From positions 657,851-721,850 of the forward strand of contig CAXXXF010000006.1 of assembly GCA_963667175.2 (NCBI GenBank): 64,000 bases of DNA. The letters run 5' to 3'. Shown piece after piece: positions 57,805-64,000 of the stretch (positions are counted from its first letter, which is position 1; the number at the start of each line of letters is the position of its first letter). The notes beneath the pieces were generated by a model. It searched no databases. It was not told where the DNA came from and worked only from the letters and a program-made list of their open reading frames with translations. This stretch comes from Candidatus Latescibacterota bacterium (lineage in GTDB: Bacteria > Latescibacterota > UBA2968 > GCA-2709665). A program made the translations under genes and the position numbers.

Positions 57805-60252
57805 ATGGGATACTTTCTGGCTTTCTCAATGGCGGTTCTCCTGGGCGCCGCCGGCGAAATCCGCGCCGCCCAAACGCCTGTAGAAGCTCTGTACAGCGAG
57901 GGCATGCGGCTCCTCGACGCGGGAGAGCCGGATGCCGCGCTGATGAAATTCACGGAAGCGCTGGCGATCGACAGGAAGCATGCGCCCTCGCTGGTCGGCA
58001 TGGGTCACGTGTTTCTGACGCGCGGCGACCTGGATGCGGCCGAAGACGCGTTTATGGACGCCAGGCGCAGGAAGAGGAAGTTCGGTCCCGCCCACAACGG
58101 GCTGGGACTGGTGTACATGCGGAAGGAAAAGGGGCTGCAGTGGGCGATCCGGTACTTCCAGGATGCGATTTCCGTGGATCGAACCTACGCCGAGGCTTAC
58201 TACAATCTGGCCGAGGCGTACAGGGCGATTGGCGATACCAAAGAGCTGACGGCCTACAAGCGCCTGGCGAAAATCGCGCCGGAACACCGGGACGTCTGGT
58301 TTCGTATCGGACGCATCTACAAGAATGGAGACGCGGGACAATACGTTCGGAATGAAGAAGCCGAAGCTGCGTTTCGGAGGCAACTCGAGGTCAACCCGGA
58401 TCACGCGGAAGCGCGGCTGAGCCTGGGGGAGGTATTGACGGAACAGGAAAGAGCCGAAGAGGCCGAACCGATTCTGACACCGCTTGTGGAATCGCCCAAT
58501 CCCCACCAGCAGCGGTCGATCCTGGCGATGGCCGAGGTCTACCTGAAACAGCGCGAATACGACCGCGCCGATCTCCTGTTCGACCGGTATCTTGAAGGCC
58601 TGGGCGCCGATACCCAGGCGGTATACTACGACTTGCGCAACGTGGCGAAGGAGGAGGAGGCGACGTTCGATTCGGCGCCGGTTGCGGAGTGGAAGGCGCT
58701 TTCCGAAGCCTACTGGTCGGCGCGGGACCCGGCTCCCGTGACGGCCGCGAACGAGCGAAAACTGGAGCACTACCGGCGCGTGGCCTACTCGCTGGAGCAT
58801 TTCGGAAAGGATCGGTTCCCCTGGGACGTGCGCGGCGACGTCTACGTCCGCTACGGCGCGCCCGCCCACGTGAGCAGTTCCGAGGATATCCGATACGAAA
58901 TGGACCCGAAGGCGATTCGGATCAAGGAACGGATCGCGCTTCAGGCCGGCGATGCGGTCTCCCAGATGCTCAGGGTGCGAAACAGCGAAACGACGTCCCA
59001 CGGAGGAAGGGTCGGAGACCTGGGCGAGGCCAGTGTTCTGGGGCCCGTCAGCGAGAGCCAACGCGAGATGGAGGAGGCGGGCGTCACCCGGAGGGCGACC
59101 GGCGGCTACAGGGCGGTCCCGTTGAGCGACGGCTCGGGGGACCTGTCCGGAAAGCTGCGTATGACGTCCGGCATTCTGGGCTGGCCCGTCTATCCGGTTT
59201 ACGGAAAGGTATGGGAATACTGGATTTATACGGACGTGGGACCGGGGATCGAGATTACGTTCACCCGCACGCTGGGAAAGACGCCCTTCAAATTCGCGGA
59301 TATGCCCAGCGGGAAGGGCGGGCACTCCCGCCACCTGTTTACGTGGCAGCGTATGAATCCGAAATTGCAGCTCGATCACGTGGGCCGCCGCGTACCCGCG
59401 CTCTACCGGCCCTCGTTCGCTACGGGGCCGCTGGCCTATTTCTTCGACTCCGCGGGCTTCAAGGGGGCGCAGGACGCCTCGAATCTCGAGGTATACTACG
59501 GGATTCCGGTTTGGGAACTGTCCTTCTCGCCGGGGACCGACGGCAAACCGACGTCCAGACTGAAAAAGGGCGTGGCGCTTTACAACGAGTCCAACGAGCG
59601 GGTGCTAAGGAGAGACGGGGAGTTCGAGTTGTTTTCGGAGGCGGTGGCGGACACGGCCCGGCAAGCGTACGTGCCGGAGATGTTTCGGGTTACGGCGCCG
59701 CCCGGCAGATACCGGATGTCCGTCCAGGTACTGGAAGAAGGAACGGGCAGATCGCAGGTCTACGAGCAGCATGTCGTGCTGCCGGCGTATCCCCGCGGGT
59801 ATTTGCGGCTGAGCGGCATTCAGCTGGCCGCGTCTATCCGACCCGCGGAGGGGGATCGATTCCGCAAGGGAGACGTCCAGGTCGTCCCCAATCCCACGCG
59901 GACGTACGGACGCGGGCAGTCGGTGTACATATACTATGAAGTCTACAATCTGACGCGGGACGAGTTCGGAACCACACGGTACCGGGTGTCCTACGAAATG
60001 CGATCGGCGCTCAGCGAGTCGATTGGCGCCCGCATCCTGGGTGGAATCGGAAGGCTGCTGGCCGTTCGACAGAACAACCGCGCGTCGATTTCAATCGAGT
60101 ATGCCCATATTGGCGGACGTGAAGACGACCAGGGATACGTGGAACTGGACATGGCCGCTTCCGACCCGGGAGAAAAATTCCTGACGGTGACGGTAACCGA
60201 CCAAGTGTCCGGACAGACGACGACGGGAACCACGAGATTGACCATCAGATAG
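57805..60252 (+). CDS. TPR + GWxTD-like domain protein (paralog of 25130-27538)
   Basis: Signal peptide, TPRs, YWSARDP..EHYRRVAYS..DVRGDVYVRYGAP, C-terminal YYEVYNL..RY.V. Confidence 0.8.
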   Translation: MGYFLAFSMAVLLGAAGEIRAAQTPVEALYSEGMRLLDAGEPDAALMKFTEALAIDRKHAPSLVGMGHVFLTRGDLDAAEDAFMDARRRKRKFGPAHNGLGLVYMRKEKGLQWAIRYFQDAISVDRTYAEAYYNLAEAYRAIGDTKELTAYKRLAKIAPEHRDVWFRIGRIYKNGDAGQYVRNEEAEAAFRRQLEVNPDHAEARLSLGEVLTEQERAEEAEPILTPLVESPNPHQQRSILAMAEVYLKQREYDRADLLFDRYLEGLGADTQAVYYDLRNVAKEEEATFDSAPVAEWKALSEAYWSARDPAPVTAANERKLEHYRRVAYSLEHFGKDRFPWDVRGDVYVRYGAPAHVSSSEDIRYEMDPKAIRIKERIALQAGDAVSQMLRVRNSETTSHGGRVGDLGEASVLGPVSESQREMEEAGVTRRATGGYRAVPLSDGSGDLSGKLRMTSGILGWPVYPVYGKVWEYWIYTDVGPGIEITFTRTLGKTPFKFADMPSGKGGHSRHLFTWQRMNPKLQLDHVGRRVPALYRPSFATGPLAYFFDSAGFKGAQDASNLEVYYGIPVWELSFSPGTDGKPTSRLKKGVALYNESNERVLRRDGEFELFSEAVADTARQAYVPEMFRVTAPPGRYRMSVQVLEEGTGRSQVYEQHVVLPAYPRGYLRLSGIQLAASIRPAEGDRFRKGDVQVVPNPTRTYGRGQSVYIYYEVYNLTRDEFGTTRYRVSYEMRSALSESIGARILGGIGRLLAVRQNNRASISIEYAHIGGREDDQGYVELDMAASDPGEKFLTVTVTDQVSGQTTTGTTRLTIR

Positions 60253-60332
60253 GTACGTCAGCCCAGGGTCGACCCAATCACAGAAGGCGCCGAGGGCAAG
60301 ATGCCCTCGCTCCCGGGGTCGCGGAAGGACTT

Positions 60333-62618
60333 ATGAAGAGAAACCCTTCAATCTGGCTCGGCCTGGCATTTGTCCTGGGGGCCTGCGGGGGCGAAGAGGC
60401 CGAGGTTACCCTTTCCGGGGCCGTGGCGCGCCCCGGGAAGTACGCGCACCGGCCGGAATGGGCCGTGGCCGATTACGTAAAGGCCGCCGGCGGATATACC
60501 GAGGAAGCCGTCGTGAACGAAGGCAGGCTGATCCGGGTACTGCGGGATCCCGTGACGAACGAGGAAGTGAACCGGTCGTGGCGGCCCCTGGCATCGTCGC
60601 CCCGGGTCATGGAAGGGGACGTGATCCACGTCCCGTTTCGAACGTACGCGATAGCAATGGATACCGTACGGGCCATCGAAGACCTGGCCATTCAGTGGCG
60701 GGAAAGGGAATACCGGGTTCCGAAAGGCTGGATGGCCGAAGGCCGGACTCGCGCGGGCGTGATGGTGGTCTCGGTGATAGGAGAAGGCAGGGTCATCGGA
60801 AGCGAAAACGGCGATGCGCTGGGCAGGTTTCAGTATCTGTACCTCCATCTGCACCCCGGCGTATATGGACAATTGGCATTCCTCGTCGAAAGCCCCTCTG
60901 AAAACCGTCTGGTTCTTGAAGATGCCGTCGGGGTTCACCAGAGCCTCTTTCCCAGACTCCGTCACCGTTCCGGACAACGCGCCGAGATGCCGCCCGAGGG
61001 GCACCTTCGTGTACTCGCTGGGGTTTGGCCGAATCCCAGAAGCAAGACGGCGCCCGGAGCCGGCATGCGGAAGCGGAAATACAAGGACGGGCGTGAGTGG
61101 ACCACGTTTCCCGACGGCAGGCAACGAACGGTGTTCCCGGACGGACGCGTGGAAGTGGAATTTCCCGACGGATCGCGTAAAATACACCATGCCGACGGCG
61201 GCGTCGAGGCGACGGATGCGGTGGGAAACGTGCGGGTCACACATCCCGACGGAAGGATTAGCGCCACGTTTGCGGACGGCAACCGGGAAGAGCGGCTGAT
61301 CGACGGACGTATCGTGCAACGTTTCAAGACAGGAACGCGGCGGACGATCCTTCCGGACGGCACGGAGGAGACGCAATTTGCGGACGGCGCCGTGCACGTC
61401 AAACGCAGAGACGGAACCGTGGAGACGACCTTCCCCGAGGGCATGACCGAAACGCGGCACGTGGACGGCAGGATCGTCGCGGTCACCGGAGACGGGCACA
61501 GAGTGACCGTGTTTCCGGACGGCCGGCGGCTGACACGCGCCGCGGACGGGACGGTGCTCGAGGAATTCGCGGACGGGCGGCGCGTGCAGTCGGGCCCGGA
61601 CGGCGAGCGGGTGGAGGTGTTTATAGACGGGACCCGGCGAGCAGTCTTGAAAGACGGCGCCACGGTACTCGAAAAGCCCGACGGCAGCCGGGTCGAACGC
61701 CATGCGGACGGGACGATCATGGAAATTCATCCGGACGGCCGAAAGGTGCAAACCGACGTCGACGGAATCCGGTTGGAGACGCGTCCCGATGGAAGGGAGA
61801 CACAGACCGATACGGCGGGGAACCGGCTGGAGACGTTTCCGGACGGCCGGCGGACTCAGACGGACGCCGAAGGCAATCGCGTTGAGGAATTCCCGGACGG
61901 GACGCGGATCAAGACGTTCGCCAACGCCTACAGGTACTGGGGACCGTTAAGGGACGATCTCGTGGCGGTCGACGAAGCACCCCAGCAATTGGCCCCAGGA
62001 GGCCATTTGCATGTGTCCGGCGTTGTACACTCCGAACCGGAGGACCTGATGGCGGCGGTCTTCCGGCTGCCCGACGGCAACGTATTTGAAATTCCCGCCG
62101 AGCGGGAACAAGGACGTTTTTCCTTTGTGTTTCCCGAAAGCGTTTTCACAACACCCGGGAATTACCGATTACAGGTTCGGGCGCTCCTCGCCGGCGAGTC
62201 CGTGGTCGTGGCCGACCGGGCGCTGGTCGTGGGAGACCCGCCGCCGCTCGGGAAGATGATCCTCACGGTCCCGCCATTTCGTGGCGCGGACGATGCCCGG
62301 GACCGGATCGAAAAAATGGTTCACCGGGTACGCGGCCGTCTCCGATTGCCGGAGCTGGAGACCCATGCCCGGTTGGCCGAATTCGCCGGCATGAAGATAT
62401 GGGACGTGATGGCGCGCGGCGCCTTGACGCCCGAGCCGGCGCACGAGGGCGCGCTGAGTTTCGCGCGGGGTCCGTCCGTTGAGGAGGCATTTACCTTCAT
62501 GATGTTGAGTGGGGCTCACAGACAGGGCATGCTGAGCACGGAATGGGCGCGCTGGGGCGTGGCCGTACAGCAGGATGGAGATGACGTCCTGGTGGTGCTG
62601 GCTTTTGGCGCCGATTGA
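60333..62618 (+). CDS. Lipoprotein: SLBB domain + 31 tandem 9-aa repeats + CAP-like C-terminus
   Basis: Lipobox VLGAC. SLBB motifs [20 protein letters not shown]. xxxxxxPDG-type repeats at 61065-61901. [18 protein letters not shown]. Confidence 0.75.
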   Translation: MKRNPSIWLGLAFVLGACGGEEAEVTLSGAVARPGKYAHRPEWAVADYVKAAGGYTEEAVVNEGRLIRVLRDPVTNEEVNRSWRPLASSPRVMEGDVIHVPFRTYAIAMDTVRAIEDLAIQWREREYRVPKGWMAEGRTRAGVMVVSVIGEGRVIGSENGDALGRFQYLYLHLHPGVYGQLAFLVESPSENRLVLEDAVGVHQSLFPRLRHRSGQRAEMPPEGHLRVLAGVWPNPRSKTAPGAGMRKRKYKDGREWTTFPDGRQRTVFPDGRVEVEFPDGSRKIHHADGGVEATDAVGNVRVTHPDGRISATFADGNREERLIDGRIVQRFKTGTRRTILPDGTEETQFADGAVHVKRRDGTVETTFPEGMTETRHVDGRIVAVTGDGHRVTVFPDGRRLTRAADGTVLEEFADGRRVQSGPDGERVEVFIDGTRRAVLKDGATVLEKPDGSRVERHADGTIMEIHPDGRKVQTDVDGIRLETRPDGRETQTDTAGNRLETFPDGRRTQTDAEGNRVEEFPDGTRIKTFANAYRYWGPLRDDLVAVDEAPQQLAPGGHLHVSGVVHSEPEDLMAAVFRLPDGNVFEIPAEREQGRFSFVFPESVFTTPGNYRLQVRALLAGESVVVADRALVVGDPPPLGKMILTVPPFRGADDARDRIEKMVHRVRGRLRLPELETHARLAEFAGMKIWDVMARGALTPEPAHEGALSFARGPSVEEAFTFMMLSGAHRQGMLSTEWARWGVAVQQDGDDVLVVLAFGAD

Positions 62619-62640
62619 AGCGGAGGGGCAGGCACGGAAG

Positions 62641-62669
62641 AGGCCGCCGGGAATCCGGCGGCCTTTTTT
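62641..62669. terminator. Intrinsic terminator between convergent genes
   Basis: AGGCCGCCGG-GAAT-CCGGCGGCCT-TTTTT. Confidence 0.8.
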
Positions 62670-62714
62670 GTCTTCCTGAACGACCATTGCCCTCGGACGA
62701 CGGCGACGGACCCG

Positions 62715-63798
62715 TCACTTCCACCCGTATTGCAGAATGAAATCTTCCACCATCTCCCGGGCCTCGTCGTCGCTGAACTGCTCGGGCGGGGTCTTCATAA
62801 AGTAGGAGGAAGGACCCATCAGCGGTCCCTTGAGGCCGTGTTCGAGGCCGAGTTTGCAGCAACGGACCGCGTCGATCACCACCCCCCGCGGAATTGGGGG
62901 AATCCCAGACTTCGAGTTTCAGCTCGAGGTTGAGCGGCACGCCGCCGAAGGTTTCGCCTTCCATCCGAATGTGGCACCACTTCCTGTCTTCCAACCACGG
63001 CACATGATCGCTGGGGCCGACGTGCACGTTATCCTCACCCAGGTCGTAATCGAGTTGGGACGTAACGGCGTTGGTCTTGCTGACCTTCTTGGATTCCAGC
63101 CTTGATCGTTCCAGCATGTTGTAGAAGTCCGTATTCCCGCCAAAGTTCAACTGGTAGGTACGGGTAAGCTTAACGCCTCGTTCCCGGAACAGCCGGGTGA
63201 GCACCCGGTGGGCGATGGTCGCGCCGACCTGTGATTTGATATCGTCTCCGATGATGGGAAGGCCGCGTTTTTCAAAGCGCTCGGGCCAGTGCCCCGCGCT
63301 CGCAATGAAGACGGGCACGCAGTTGACAAAGCCGCAGCCGGCTTGAAGCACCTGCTCGACGTACCACTTCGTGGCTTCTTCGCTGCCGACGGGCAGATAG
63401 TTGACAACCACGTCGGTTCCGGTGGCTTTGAGTGTCTCTGCCACGTCCACGGTGTTCCCGTCCGCCTTTTCGATGACTTCGCTGAGATAGCGGCCCAGGC
63501 CGTCGTGGGTCATGCCGCGCTGAACGGACACGTCCAGATGAGGAACATCCGAGAATCTGACGGTATTATTGGGTTCGGTGAAGATTGCCTCGCTGAGGTC
63601 CTTCCCCACCTTGTTCCTGTCGACGTCGAACGCGGCGGAGAATTCGACGTCGCTGACGTGATATCCGCCCAGTTCGGGATGCATAAGGCCGGGTATAAAG
63701 GTGTCTTTCCGTGCATCTTTGTAATAGTGGACGCCCTGAACGAGAGAAGATGCGCAGTTGCCGACGCCGACGATTGCAACCCGGACTTTTCTGGCCAT
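62715..63798 (-). CDS. ino1: Myo-inositol-1-phosphate synthase (one extra base in a homopolymer near 62885)
   Basis: [42 protein letters not shown]. The expected [17 protein letters not shown] continues in the shifted frame. Confidence 0.93.
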
Positions 63799-64000
63799 TG
63801 GGAAACTCCTTTGAAGAGTAAAGATCTGCTGATATTGACACGAACCGGCTGAAAAGATAGGCACTTTTATGTATTTGACAAATGAATAATTACTATATTA
63901 TTTATAGAAATTTTCTATGGAAAAGCAGCTTTCAGCGGACAGCATTCAGCCGTCAGCTTGGAGCAAGATCGAAAATCGACTCACACGAAGACGCCAAGAC

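Noticed and set aside
62497-62880. Apparent C-terminal extension of Ino1 overlapping the lipoprotein gene
   Set aside because: Artefact of one extra base in a homopolymer; the conserved C-terminus lies in the shifted frame ending at 62715.

Overview
GC-rich bacterial chromosomal window. GWxTD-like TPR proteins, an FlgD-Ig/T9SS-like sorting tail and EF-hand/dockerin-like tails point to an FCB-related lineage such as Latescibacterota/Gemmatimonadota (inference). Layout: (1) 1-11.7 kb is a mobile/defence hotspot. It holds a TIR-less element with hairpin ends encoding an unclassified ~509-aa putative transposase, a MITE, an IS3 element, a helicase-less Type IIG/ISP-like restriction-modification gene with a degenerate duplicate of its own 3' end, orphan antitoxins, a small protein + retropepsin pair, short membrane-anchored coiled-coil proteins and nested micro-repeats. 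(2) 11.7-40.2 kb is core: secreted metalloprotease, Ig-like lipoprotein, xerC, topA, BatA/VWA, PTS IIA, CLC channel, GWxTD protein, vapBC, FAH-family enzyme, and a two-gene pyruvate:ferredoxin oxidoreductase followed by aceE-aceF-lpdA. (3) 40.2-48.8 kb is a defence island: AbiEi/AbiEii-type TA plus a DUF6361-like/PLD/SF2-helicase operon (probably Azaca-like). (4) 48.8-64 kb holds a large secreted protein, an ABC exporter cassette, a REP-flanked RAYT remnant, an aldo-keto reductase, a second GWxTD protein, a lipoprotein with 31 tandem 9-aa repeats, and ino1. No rRNA, tRNA or CRISPR array was seen. Several single-base indels (lpdA, AbiE genes, ino1) look like sequencing errors. The best novelty candidates are the hairpin-ended putative Rep_trans-like element and a 21-35 bp palindrome found nested in three different mobile elements. 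All family assignments are by eye; no searches were run.
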